In this document: positions 38,246 through 47,900 of the stretch, piece after piece | Position numbering within the stretch: the stretch's first letter is position 1 | Layout: each line of letters opens with the position of its first letter | Source: Bacteroides sp. | Lineage (GTDB): Bacteria; Bacteroidota; Bacteroidia; Bacteroidales; Muribaculaceae | Length of the DNA: 64,000 nt | NCBI GenBank assembly: GCA_014802445.1 | Contig: JAAVCF010000008.1 | Coordinates: forward strand, 159,792 to 223,791 | Direction of reading: 5' to 3' | Program-made: the position numbers and the translations under genes | The notes under the pieces: model-generated | Told to the model about the DNA's origin: nothing | Seen by the model: only the letters and a program-made list of their open reading frames with translations | Database searches by the model: none

Positions 38246-39247
38246 ATGAAATCTGCTCCTCTGCTATATGCTCTGATTCTGTTTCTACTAATACGCATAA
38301 TCAACGATATACCCTCCGGGCTCAACTATTTTTCACACAGTGTGCAATTCATAGCAATAGAAGTGGCAGGGGTAATAGCGGGAAGCTACCTCAACTTTTA
38401 TTTCGCCAGACAATGGATGGAATTCTGCCGGAAAAAGAAGATTGGCAACATTGTGGAACACGCTGTGGTATGCATGGTTCCCTGCGCGTTAGCCGTGGGA
38501 ATCATGTCAATGTCACATGACACACCACTGCTCAGCGAAGCCATAGAGATGATTATTCCATTCACCGTGACGGTGTTGATAACGGTGTGGATGTATCTCG
38601 CTCTGAAAAATCATGTCCTTAACAGACTTTACACGGAAACCCTGCTAAAAGAGGAAAAAAGCATACATGCCAAGTCAGCGCTCGAACTTCAACTATTGAG
38701 AAACCAGTTTCACCCTCACTTCCTGTTTAATATGCTCAACACTATCTACTTCGCTGTTGATGACAATAACGAAGAGGCAAGGGATGCGATTGAACACCTC
38801 TCAAAACTGCTCAGGAGCCAACTATCCAACGACGACAAACCGGTGACACTCAACAGAGAAGTGGCATTGCTGGACAGTTACATAGCGCTGTATCGCTTGA
38901 GATACAAAAATGATGTGGATATCCGCATGGATATTGACCACAGCTATAGAGAGGACCTAATACACCCGCATCTGCTCCAGCCACTTGTGGAGAACGCATT
39001 CAAACATCTGGGAGGAAGACCAGCGCGAGTGACCATAACCCTGCAGCGACCCAACCGGGCATTAATATTTTGCGTGGAAAACACAGTAACAACAACGCCG
39101 GAAAGTACCGATAGCAAACTGCAAAAATCAGGCTTCGGATTGGAGAACCTGAAGAAACTCCTGGCACTGCAGTATGCAGACTGTCATAAACTGGAAATCG
39201 AGAGAACCGCCACACATTGCACCGCAAAACTCACCCTTGCACTATGA
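38246..39247 (+). CDS. LytS/YehU-type sensor histidine kinase, membrane-embedded sensor
   Basis: About four TM helices, then the His_kinase motif QFHPHFLFNMLNTIYF and an HATPase_c region. The ATG at 38246 is preferred over the track start at 38171. Confidence 0.85.
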   Translation: MKSAPLLYALILFLLIRIINDIPSGLNYFSHSVQFIAIEVAGVIAGSYLNFYFARQWMEFCRKKKIGNIVEHAVVCMVPCALAVGIMSMSHDTPLLSEAIEMIIPFTVTVLITVWMYLALKNHVLNRLYTETLLKEEKSIHAKSALELQLLRNQFHPHFLFNMLNTIYFAVDDNNEEARDAIEHLSKLLRSQLSNDDKPVTLNREVALLDSYIALYRLRYKNDVDIRMDIDHSYREDLIHPHLLQPLVENAFKHLGGRPARVTITLQRPNRALIFCVENTVTTTPESTDSKLQKSGFGLENLKKLLALQYADCHKLEIERTATHCTAKLTLAL

Positions 39248-39951
39248 CAGAGACACCGCAAACCACCTGCGCAATAGTTGACGATGAAGCGATGGCACGT
39301 TATGGCATCAGGAGCTACATCTGCAAAACACCGGGCCTTAAATGCGTTGCCGAGCTCAGAGATGCATTTGAACTCGAAAACTATCTCGACCACAACCCAA
39401 CGCCGGACATAATTTTTCTGGACATACAGATGCCGGAGATTTCCGGGCTGGACTTTATAGCGTCAAGAACCGTGGAGTCAGCAATCATCGTTGTGAGCGC
39501 CTATGAGGAGTATGCCATCAGAGGATTTGAGCTGAACGTGTGTGACTACCTGCTCAAACCGGTGTCATATCCGCGATTCACTCAGGCGATAGAAAAGGCA
39601 GAGCAATATTTAGCTTACAGGAAAGGGCCCAATAGGGACAAAGCCATCTATGTGAGAGCAGAGAAGGTTTACAGGCGAATCCGGACAGAGACGATTCTTT
39701 ATCTTGAGTCAATAGAGAACTATGTGAGAATTCACACCGTCACTGAGAGGATTATGACACGAATAACACTGAAAGAACTAATAGCGACGCTTCCGCCAAA
39801 CATGTTCATAAGGATACATAAATCCTACGTGGTCAACCTCACGATGGTTAGCGAGATAAGAAGAAGCAGTGTGGTGATGGAAGGGGGAGAGGAGCTGCCA
39901 ATGTCACGGAGATACAGAGAGGATGTGGTGAGAGTGGCGGGTGAATGTTAA
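39244..39951 (+). CDS. LytTR-family response regulator
   Basis: Receiver domain (CAIVDDE, FLDIQMP) plus LytTR domain (IHKSYVVNL). ATGA overlap with the kinase stop codon. Confidence 0.9.
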   Translation: MTETPQTTCAIVDDEAMARYGIRSYICKTPGLKCVAELRDAFELENYLDHNPTPDIIFLDIQMPEISGLDFIASRTVESAIIVVSAYEEYAIRGFELNVCDYLLKPVSYPRFTQAIEKAEQYLAYRKGPNRDKAIYVRAEKVYRRIRTETILYLESIENYVRIHTVTERIMTRITLKELIATLPPNMFIRIHKSYVVNLTMVSEIRRSSVVMEGGEELPMSRRYREDVVRVAGEC

Positions 39952-40003
39952 AAGTGGAGGGGGGATGCGACAAAATGGGGGTTTGGGGTGTTATAGTGAT
40001 GAG

Positions 40004-40025
40004 AGACGCGCTGAAAGGCGCGTTT
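40004..40025 (+). terminator. probable terminator of the OMP-kinase-regulator operon
   Basis: AGACGCGC-TGAAAG-GCGCGTTT hairpin, with the T-run being part of the stem end. Confidence 0.45.
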
Positions 40026-40297
40026 GGGAAACCAAACAGTAGTTCATTGATAGTTCACGGTTGAATTTGCTAATGTAAAGTTTACGTAAACAAAGCAAAA
40101 TTAGCAATCACAAATTCCAATTTCAATCATGCAAATTTGAATAAGGAAATCCAATTCCAACTCAGGATTGCGAGAGTGATTGTGTTTACAAAACAGACAT
40201 TCAAAAGCAAAACAATCAATTAAAGAACCATTAACAAACTACACAACTATGTGATTATCATACCTAATACATAGAATACATACACCACTACTTTAAG

Positions 40298-40331
40298 AAA
40301 AGCCCTCTAATATGGCGTTAGAGGGCTTTTT
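40298..40331. terminator. symmetric (bidirectional) terminator-like hairpin with no gene on either side
   Basis: AAAAGCCCTCTAA-TATGGCG-TTAGAGGGCTTTTT, a 13-bp stem flanked by A-run and T-run. Confidence 0.6.
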
Positions 40332-40422
40332 ATGTGTGTTTACAATGACTACCCTACTACGGGCCAGTGTGTTACATCATAAATATAAATCATACTTTAA
40401 GCAAATTAGAGCAGAGCAGAGG

Positions 40423-40475
40423 AGTTTGCAAATTCACATTTGCATTATTAAACATATATTTCAGTTTGCAAATTC
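40423..40475 (+). promoter_or_regulatory. two copies of AGTTTGCAAATTC (contains palindrome TTTGCAAA) spaced 40 bp apart; candidate operator
   Basis: Exact 13-mers at 40423-40435 and 40463-40475, upstream of the TACATTTG -7 box (40517-40524) and the HTH gene ATG at 40558. Confidence 0.45.
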
Positions 40476-40557
40476 GCAATTTACAATTTCAATTTGCATA
40501 TTCAAAATAATCTCATTACATTTGCACATCCAATTACAACTTCAAATTTACAAACGC

Positions 40558-41103
40558 ATGGACATCGTTTCGCGACTAAAACGCTTCATTGACGCACACC
40601 AGATTCCCGTGACCCAGTTTGCGGACAACTGCCGGATTCCGCGTCCCACCCTGTCGCAGCTCCTTAACGGGAGGAACAAGAAGGTGAGCGATGAGGTGAT
40701 TTCCAAAATCCACGAGGCCTACCCTCGTCTGTCCGTGCTATGGCTGATGTTTGGCGAGGGAATGATGGAGACGCCCGCGAATATTGAAATCTCAGAGCCT
40801 CAAAACGGCGCTCCACAAGCCTCAGCTCCGCAACAACAGCCTGACCCACTGACCTCTACTCCTCACTTTGACTTTGACTCCGAGTTCAGCAACGACGAGT
40901 CAGAAAATTCAAGGAGCGCCACTCAGGCCGCTACGGGGCCTATTGACAAGTTTGACGCACCCGCACGGAGCGGAGAAGCGTCGGCCACGATAACCTTCGG
41001 CGACAAAGGGAAGAGGGTGATAAGCATTGTGGTCTATTACGACGACAACAGCTACGAATCATTCGTGCCTGACCCTACGGGGCGCTCCCCCTTTGCCCGC
41101 TGA
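40558..41103 (+). CDS. XRE-type helix-turn-helix protein with low-complexity linker and small C-terminal domain
   Basis: QIPVTQFADNCRIPRPTLSQLLNGRNKKVSDEVISKI...WLMFGEG. The ATG at 40558 is preferred because the upstream part of the track ORF is AT-rich repeat DNA. Confidence 0.7.
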   Translation: MDIVSRLKRFIDAHQIPVTQFADNCRIPRPTLSQLLNGRNKKVSDEVISKIHEAYPRLSVLWLMFGEGMMETPANIEISEPQNGAPQASAPQQQPDPLTSTPHFDFDSEFSNDESENSRSATQAATGPIDKFDAPARSGEASATITFGDKGKRVISIVVYYDDNSYESFVPDPTGRSPFAR

Positions 41104-41114
41104 GAGAAATGTTG

Positions 41115-41122
41115 TAACTTTG
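41115..41122 (+). promoter_or_regulatory. -7 promoter box (TAACTTTG) for pyrK-pyrD
   Basis: Exact TAnnTTTG, 22 nt upstream of the pyrK ATG. Confidence 0.5.
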
Positions 41123-41144
41123 CAGGTGAATAACAATCACTCGC

Positions 41145-41921
41145 ATGAAAAAGCAGATTACCGATTTCACTGTCGAGGAGCGCACGCTGCTCGCAGGAGG
41201 ACGCTACGGGCTCTTGAAGCTGCGCCCCGCCGACGGCTCGGCGCTGAGTCCTGACATCCGTGCCGGCCAGTTTGTGCAGGTTGATGCCGCCTGCAAGGAC
41301 GTGATGCTGCGTCGTCCCATCTCCATAAATTTTGTAGACCGCGAGCGCAACCTCCTGTGGCTGCTCATCCGTGATGCCGGCAAGGGCACGCGGTCGATGA
41401 TCCACGACGTGGCCCCCGGCGGCAAGCTCAATCTTGTGCTTCCGCTTGGCAACGGATTCAGCATAGCTCCGACAGGCAGCAAGGTGCTGCTTGTGGGCGG
41501 CGGTGTGGGTGTGGCTCCCCTGCTCCAGCTGGGCCATGATCTCAAGGCAGCCGGTAGCGAGCCCGAGTTTCTGCTGGGCGCACGCACCGAGGCCGACCTT
41601 CTGGAGATGGACGCCTTTGAGCGCACCGGTAAGGTGAACGTGACCACCGAGGACGGTTCGGCCGGCACCCGCGGCTTCGTCACCAACCACGAGAGCATGG
41701 GCAAAAAATACGACATGGTTTACTGCTGCGGACCGGCGCCGATGATGAAGGCCGTGGCGGCAGCTGCACGAGCCACGGGTTCGCCCTGCGAAGTGTCGCT
41801 TGAAAATATGATGGCGTGTGGCCTCGGCGCATGCCTGTGTTGTGTGGAAAAAACAGTGAAGGGCAACGTGTGTGTGTGCACCGAGGGCCCCGTCTTCAAT
41901 ACAGAACAGCTCACATGGTAA
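41145..41921 (+). CDS. pyrK: dihydroorotate dehydrogenase electron-transfer subunit
   Basis: FAD/NAD-binding ferredoxin-reductase fold ([15 protein letters not shown]) and the C-terminal 2Fe-2S cysteines [10 protein letters not shown]...C. Confidence 0.9.
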   Translation: MKKQITDFTVEERTLLAGGRYGLLKLRPADGSALSPDIRAGQFVQVDAACKDVMLRRPISINFVDRERNLLWLLIRDAGKGTRSMIHDVAPGGKLNLVLPLGNGFSIAPTGSKVLLVGGGVGVAPLLQLGHDLKAAGSEPEFLLGARTEADLLEMDAFERTGKVNVTTEDGSAGTRGFVTNHESMGKKYDMVYCCGPAPMMKAVAAAARATGSPCEVSLENMMACGLGACLCCVEKTVKGNVCVCTEGPVFNTEQLTW

Positions 41922-42823
41922 ATCTCAATGTGGACCTGGGCCGGGGTCTGAAACTGAAAAATCCGGTCATGACCGCCTCCGGCACCTTCGGCTACGGCGA
42001 GGAGTTTGCCGACTTCATTGACCTGAACCGTCTGGGCGGCTACATCGTGAAAGGGACGACACTAAACCCTCGCGAAGGCAACGACTATCCCCGCATGGCC
42101 GAGACCCCTTCCGGGATGCTCAACGCCGTGGGGCTTCAGAATAAAGGAGTGGACTACTTCATCAGCCACATCTATCCCCGCATCCGCGAAGTTGACGCCG
42201 CCATGGTGGTGAACGTGTCAGGCGCCTCGCCCGAGGACTATGCCGAAGTGTGCAGGCGCCTTGCCCCGCTTGACAAAGTGGCAGCTATTGAAGTGAACAT
42301 CTCCTGTCCCAACGTGAAGCAGGGAGGCATGGCCTTCGGCACCACCTGTGAGGGAGCGGCCACGATCACCCGCGCCGTTCGCGAGGCCTTCCCCCGTCAC
42401 GTGATTGTGAAGCTATCGCCTAACGTTACCTCCGTGTCCGACATTGCTCTCGCCGTGGAGGCCGAGGGCGCAGACAGCGTGTCGCTCATCAACACCCTGA
42501 TGGGTATGGCCATCGACGTGGAGCGCCGCCGCCCCTGCCTGTCGACAATCACCGGCGGCCTGTCAGGTCCGGCAGTGCGCCCTGTGGCCGTTCGCATGGT
42601 GTGGCAGGTAGCGAAGGCGGTGAAGATTCCCGTGGTGGGATTAGGCGGCATCACCTGCGGCCGCGACGCTCTGGAATTCATCATGGCCGGTGCCACCGCC
42701 ATTGAGGTGGGCACGGCAAACTTCATGGACCCCGCCGTGACCATGCGAGTTCTTGATGAGATTGAGGACTACTGCGCGTGCCACGGAGTGGCCGACATTT
42801 CCGAGCTCAGAGGCATTATCTGA
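41915..42823 (+). CDS. pyrD: dihydroorotate dehydrogenase B catalytic subunit
   Basis: [20 protein letters not shown] and GGLSGPAV motifs. The ATG at 41915 overlaps the pyrK stop (ATGGTAA). Confidence 0.93.
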   Translation: MVNLNVDLGRGLKLKNPVMTASGTFGYGEEFADFIDLNRLGGYIVKGTTLNPREGNDYPRMAETPSGMLNAVGLQNKGVDYFISHIYPRIREVDAAMVVNVSGASPEDYAEVCRRLAPLDKVAAIEVNISCPNVKQGGMAFGTTCEGAATITRAVREAFPRHVIVKLSPNVTSVSDIALAVEAEGADSVSLINTLMGMAIDVERRRPCLSTITGGLSGPAVRPVAVRMVWQVAKAVKIPVVGLGGITCGRDALEFIMAGATAIEVGTANFMDPAVTMRVLDEIEDYCACHGVADISELRGII

Positions 42824-42832
42824 GCGCCGCCC

Positions 42833-43111
42833 TCAGGCAGAAAACGGAATCATAACGACATCATACGGTTGCCCGGGCTCAGGCTCGGGCAATTTTTTCA
42901 TCAGCCCCTCCACCTCAGCCGCCCTGACCGAAGCCGGGAGCTGGCAGCCGGGAGACACTACCGCTACAACGCCATTGAAGAAAACCGTGGAGTGAATTTC
43001 GCCCTCCACCTCGACAATCCGGGGGGCCGCTTCCCCATCCCACTCCAAAACAGCCAGGCGGCGGAGCCGGCCTTGGAAGCGGACATAATGAGCAAGGACC
43101 CGGCGCGTCAT
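42833..43111 (-). CDS. 92-aa protein of unknown function, translationally coupled to the upstream lipoprotein gene
   Basis: The ATG overlaps the upstream stop (TGATG). GC3-rich. No recognisable motif. Confidence 0.5.
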   Translation of the reverse strand: MTRRVLAHYVRFQGRLRRLAVLEWDGEAAPRIVEVEGEIHSTVFFNGVVAVVSPGCQLPASVRAAEVEGLMKKLPEPEPGQPYDVVMIPFSA

Positions 43112-43908
43112 CACTTGTTGATGGACTGCTGCGCCGCAGGAATGTGAGCCCGGCTCTTCTTCCAGTGGGTGCGGATGAGGGTGATCGAATCGAGGTAGAC
43201 CGTCTCGGGACCGGAGGTGAGGTAAGTGAGGGTGCCATAAAGCTGCGAAGCCGTGGCAGCCGAGTCAAGCTGCAAGCGCACCGAATGCCAGCCATTGCCG
43301 CGCCTACGCTCATTGATGAACACTCGCTTGCCCAGCTGACAATCAGCGGCGAGGCTTACCTCAACGGGATTGACGGCACCGACAGTCTTGAAGCGCAGCT
43401 CATAGCCATCGCCCGGCTCCCAGTTGCGGTCACGCGACAGATTGAAGCGGACGATGCTCGCCGGCGATGTGCGCGACAGACGCCACAGGCGCGAGAGGTT
43501 CCAGACATCAACAGAATCACCATCGGCAGTCATGCCGCCAATGGCAGAATTGCGGCCCGATGCACGACCGGCAGCCACACGCGCCTGTTCCTCATCATCC
43601 TGAAGAATCTCGACGGTGCGCGCCACCACATCCTTGTAGCGGTCAATGTGACGGCCATACCACATCATAGAGGAATCGACCTCCTCACTCGTCACGCCAT
43701 TGCGAAGATAGACCGACTGGAGGAGCGTCTTCTTAAGCGAATCGCCCCTGAACTTGGCGGGCTCAGTCTCCACCACCGATTCGGCAATCTCAAGGTCAGC
43801 CATGAGGCGCGCCATGCGCTCCGGCGGAATCACCCCCGAGGGGACACCCGAGCAGGCAGCCATGAGCAACGCCGCGCCGAGGAGGCAGAAAGCATCACGC
43901 TTTTTCAT
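43111..43908 (-). CDS. lipoprotein with DUF4296-like N-terminus and about 150-aa C-terminal extension
   Basis: Lipobox MAACS, then PPERMARLMADLEIAES as in DUF4296 proteins found after lspA in Bacteroides (from memory). Confidence 0.6.
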   Translation of the reverse strand: MKKRDAFCLLGAALLMAACSGVPSGVIPPERMARLMADLEIAESVVETEPAKFRGDSLKKTLLQSVYLRNGVTSEEVDSSMMWYGRHIDRYKDVVARTVEILQDDEEQARVAAGRASGRNSAIGGMTADGDSVDVWNLSRLWRLSRTSPASIVRFNLSRDRNWEPGDGYELRFKTVGAVNPVEVSLAADCQLGKRVFINERRRGNGWHSVRLQLDSAATASQLYGTLTYLTSGPETVYLDSITLIRTHWKKSRAHIPAAQQSINK

Positions 43909-44539
43909 CGGCCACGGCCGTCTCCTTCGGCCACACGAGCGAACCCGAATAGAAAATCAGCAGAGTGAGCATGCCTACAGTGATTGCCGCATCGGCGAGA
44001 TTAAACACCGGCTGGAAGAACAGGAAATGCTGACCGCCGACGAAAGGCATCCATGAAGGCCAGTCGAAACTGAAAAGAGGGAAATAGAGCATATCGACAA
44101 CCTTGCCATGGAACAGAGGCGCATAGCCACCATCGGGAGGCAGGAACTGCGCCACCTCAGGGGGCATCGGATTGTTGAAGATAAGCCCATAGAAGAGACA
44201 GTCAAAAATGTTGCCTGCGGCTCCGGCTGTGACGAGCGCAATGCAGACCAGGAAACCGGTCTTGACGCTCGGCACACCGGGGCGCAGCAGACGCCACATG
44301 TAATAGACGAGCCCGGCCACGGCCACGATTCGGAACAGCGTGAGAATCAGCTTGCTGCCCAGCTCCATTCCGAAAGCCATACCATTGTTTTCGATGAAAA
44401 ACAACTGGAACCAATCAGTGATGTGGACGCTTTCGCCAAGATAGAACGATGTTTTGACCCAGATTTTGAGAATCTGGTCAAGCAACACGACGATCACAGC
44501 TATGGCGGCCGCAAGCCAGCCTTGTCGGGCTTTTGTCAT
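43895..44539 (-). CDS. lspA: lipoprotein signal peptidase II
   Basis: Four TM helices with NNGMAFG and FNLADAAITVG motifs. Confidence 0.9.
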   Translation of the reverse strand: MTKARQGWLAAAIAVIVVLLDQILKIWVKTSFYLGESVHITDWFQLFFIENNGMAFGMELGSKLILTLFRIVAVAGLVYYMWRLLRPGVPSVKTGFLVCIALVTAGAAGNIFDCLFYGLIFNNPMPPEVAQFLPPDGGYAPLFHGKVVDMLYFPLFSFDWPSWMPFVGGQHFLFFQPVFNLADAAITVGMLTLLIFYSGSLVWPKETAVADEKA

Positions 44540-44545
44540 TTTGAC

Positions 44546-44923
44546 TTATTTGCGTTTATCCTTAGCGGCAATGCTGAGGGTGGCGTGAGGCACGGCGCGG
44601 AGACGCTCCTTGGGGATGAGCTCGCCGGTTTCACGGCATATGCCGTAAGTTTTGTTTTCAATTCTCACCAGAGCCGCCTGAAGATGCTTGATGAACTTCA
44701 TCTGACGCTGAGCGAGCTGGCTTAACGCCTCCTTCCCGAGAGTGCTTGCACCCTCCTCGAGAGTCTTGAAAGTAGGCGATGTGTCGGCGGTGTCATTACC
44801 GTCGGCGTTATTAACATCGGAGCGCAGCAGTTCATAGTCACGCTGAGCCTTCTCAAGCTTTTTGAGAATCAGCTCCTTAAACTCCTGAAGATCCTCGTCG
44901 GAATAGCGTTTGATTTCACTCAT
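44546..44923 (-). CDS. DksA/TraR-family regulator (zinc-finger cysteines not conserved)
   Basis: Coiled-coil N-domain plus C-terminal YGICRETGELIPKERLRAVPHATLSI. The track start is TTG; the ATG at 44923 is preferred. Confidence 0.8.
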   Translation of the reverse strand: MSEIKRYSDEDLQEFKELILKKLEKAQRDYELLRSDVNNADGNDTADTSPTFKTLEEGASTLGKEALSQLAQRQMKFIKHLQAALVRIENKTYGICRETGELIPKERLRAVPHATLSIAAKDKRK

Positions 44924-44970
44924 GGGAAAGAGGGATAATTTCAAGATTAATAAACTGGGACTGCAGGGAA

Positions 44971-47900
44971 TCAGTTGGCGAGCGCCACGTTGACCTTCAG
45001 GAGCAGGCCGTCAATGTCAAGCTCCTCGAACTCAGCGAGGGAGGGCACGATTTCCACAGAAGTGGCGAGCACCTGACGGGCGATGTAGTCACTGAAGTCA
45101 TTGATAGCGGCATCAGCCTCGGGATTGCTCTCGAAGCGGAGAGTAATCTTGTCAGTGATGTTGAATCCGCGGTCCTTACGGATGTTCTGAATACGGTTAA
45201 CGATGTCACGGGCAATACCCTCGCGGCGGAGAGCATCGGTGAGGGTGACGTCGAGAGCGATGGTGATGTTGCCCTCATTAGCCACGAGCCAACCGGGGAT
45301 GTCCTCAGAGATGATTTCCACGTCGGCGGCATCCACCATTCGGGGCTGACCCTCGATGGTGAGCTCGATGTGGCCATCGCGCTCAAAGGCGGCAATGTCA
45401 TGCTGGCTGAGCTGCTGAAGAGCGGCGGCCACGGCCTTCATGGCCTTGCCATGCTTGGGGCCGAGCTTCTTGAAGTCAGGCTTCACGCGCTTTACGAGCA
45501 CGCCGTCCTCACTTGAGACGAAGCGGATGTCCTTGACATTGACCTCACCGAGAATGAGGTCACGCACCTGTTCAATGGCCTGACGGCGGGCCTCATCGTC
45601 AACGGGAATCATGAGAGTGGCCAGCGGCTGGCGCACCTTGAGGTTGACCTTGCGGCGGAGGGAGAGCACCATCGAAGTGATGGTCTGAGCGATAGCCATA
45701 CGCTCCTCGAGAGCCTTGTCGACCATAGCGGCATCGTAGACGGGATAGTCAGCGAGGTGAACGGAATCCTTGCCGGCGCCCATAGAGAGGTCGCGATAGA
45801 GACGGTCAGCATAGAACGGCGCGATGGGAGCCATGAGGCGGCTGACGGTTTCGAGACAGGTGTAGAGAGTCTGATAAGCGGCGAGCTTGTCGACAGTCAT
45901 TTCGCCACCCCAGAAGCGCTTGCGGTTGAGGCGCACATACCAGTTGGAGAGATTGTCAATGACAAAGTCACTGATGGCGCGAGCGGCGCGGGTGGGTTCA
46001 TAATCGTCAAGAGCTTCCTCAACGGTGTGGATGAGCGAGTTAAGGAGCGAGATAATCCAGCGGTCAATCTCGGGACGCTCAGCCAGGGGCACCTGGGGCG
46101 CAGCCGGGTCAAAGCCGTCAACGTTGGCGTAGAGAGCGAAGAAGCTGTAAGTGTTATAGAGAGTGGCGAAGAACTTGCGGGCAATTTCCTTGACACCCTT
46201 GTCGTCGTACTTGAGGTTCTCCCAGGGAGAGTTGGTGGCAATCATGTACCAGCGGAGGGGGTCAGAGCCGTTATCGTCAATGGCTCCGAAGGGATTGACG
46301 GCATTGCCGAGACGCTTTGACATCTTGTTGCCATTCTTGTCGAGCACCAGACCGTTAGAGATTACGGCCTTATAGGCGGTGGAGTCAAACACCATTGTGG
46401 CGATGGCGTGGAGAGTGAAGAACCAGCCACGAGTCTGGTCAACGCCCTCAGCGATGAAGTCGGCGGGGAAGAGCTCGCCTGAATCGAGACGCTCCTTATT
46501 TTCAAAAGGATAGTGAATCTGAGCGTAAGGCATTGCGCCGGAGTCAAACCACACGTCAATGAGGTCAAGCTCACGCTTCATGGGCTTACCCGAGGGAGAC
46601 ACGAGGATGAAATCATCGACATAAGGACGATGGAGATCAATCTTCTCATAGTTTTCACGCGAATAGTCGCCGGGGACGAAGCCCTTGTCGCGCCAGGGGT
46701 TTGACTTCATGAAGCCGGCCTCAACGGCGCGGTCCATTTCATTGAAGAGCATCTCGCAAGAGTCGATGCAGATTTCTTCGGCACCATCCTCAGTGCGCCA
46801 GATAGGGAGCGGAGTGCCCCAATAGCGGCTGCGAGAGAGGTTCCAGTCCTGCAGATTCTCCAGCCACTTACCGAATCGGCCCGAGCCGGTGGATGCGGGC
46901 TTCCACTTAATGGTGTCATTGAGCTCCATCATGCGTTCACGGGCAGCGGTGGAACGGATGAACCAGCTGTCGAGAGGATAATAGAGGACGGGCTTGTCGG
47001 TGCGCCAGCAGTGGGGATAGTTGTGGGTGTGCTTCTCGATGCGGAACACCTTGCCCTGCTGCTTGAGCATCATGCAGATTGACACGTCAAGAGTCTCGGC
47101 ATCCTCGGGGAGCGAAGAGTCATAAGCGTTCTTGACGGGGCGGCCGGCCCATTCAGAGTAAGCCTCAACGTCAACGTTGGCCTTAACCCATTCGGGGTCA
47201 AGCGCGTCGAGGCTGAAGAAGCGGCCTGTGAGGTCAACCATAGGACGGAGGTTGCCATCCTTGTCGACCATGTGAAGCGGGGGAATATTGTTCTGGCGCG
47301 ACACACGAAGGTCATCAGCACCGAAAGTGCCAGCGATGTGGACAATGCCGGTACCATCCTCGGTGGTCACATAGTCACCGGGGATTACGCGGAAAGCACC
47401 CTCACCGGGGTTGACCCAGGGGATGAGCTGCTCATAGTGGAGCCCTACGAGGTCAGCGCCCTTCATGCGGGCCACAACCTGCCAAGGGATAACCTTGTCG
47501 CCCTTCTTATAGTCCTCCAGGGGGAGGTCAGCGCCCTTGGCGCCGAAGGTGGCGGCGAGGAGTGAGTCGGCACACACTACGGTAACGGGCTCACCGGAAT
47601 AGGGATTATAGGTGCGCACCACGGCATATTCAATCGAGGGGCCGACGGCGAGCGCAGTGTTTGAGGGAAGGGTCCAGGGGGTTGTGGTCCAGGCGAGGAA
47701 CGCGGGGGTGCCCCATCCCTTCATGACATCGAGGGGGTCAAGCACCTTGAACTGGGCGGTGCAGGTGGTATCCTTAACATCGCGATAGCATCCGGGCTGG
47801 TTGAGCTCGTGAGAGCTGAGGCCGGTGCCGGCAGCGGGAGAATAAGGCTGAATGGTGTAACCCTTATAGAGATAGCCCTTCTTATAGAGCTGGGCAAGGA

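Noticed and set aside
40312-40557. An N-terminal extension giving a 263-aa version of the HTH protein.
   Set aside because: The extension is translated from the AT-rich repeat and operator region and has aberrant composition (runs of I, Q, F, K and C). An exact -7 box at 40517-40524 lies inside it, and the HTH domain begins right after the ATG at 40558.
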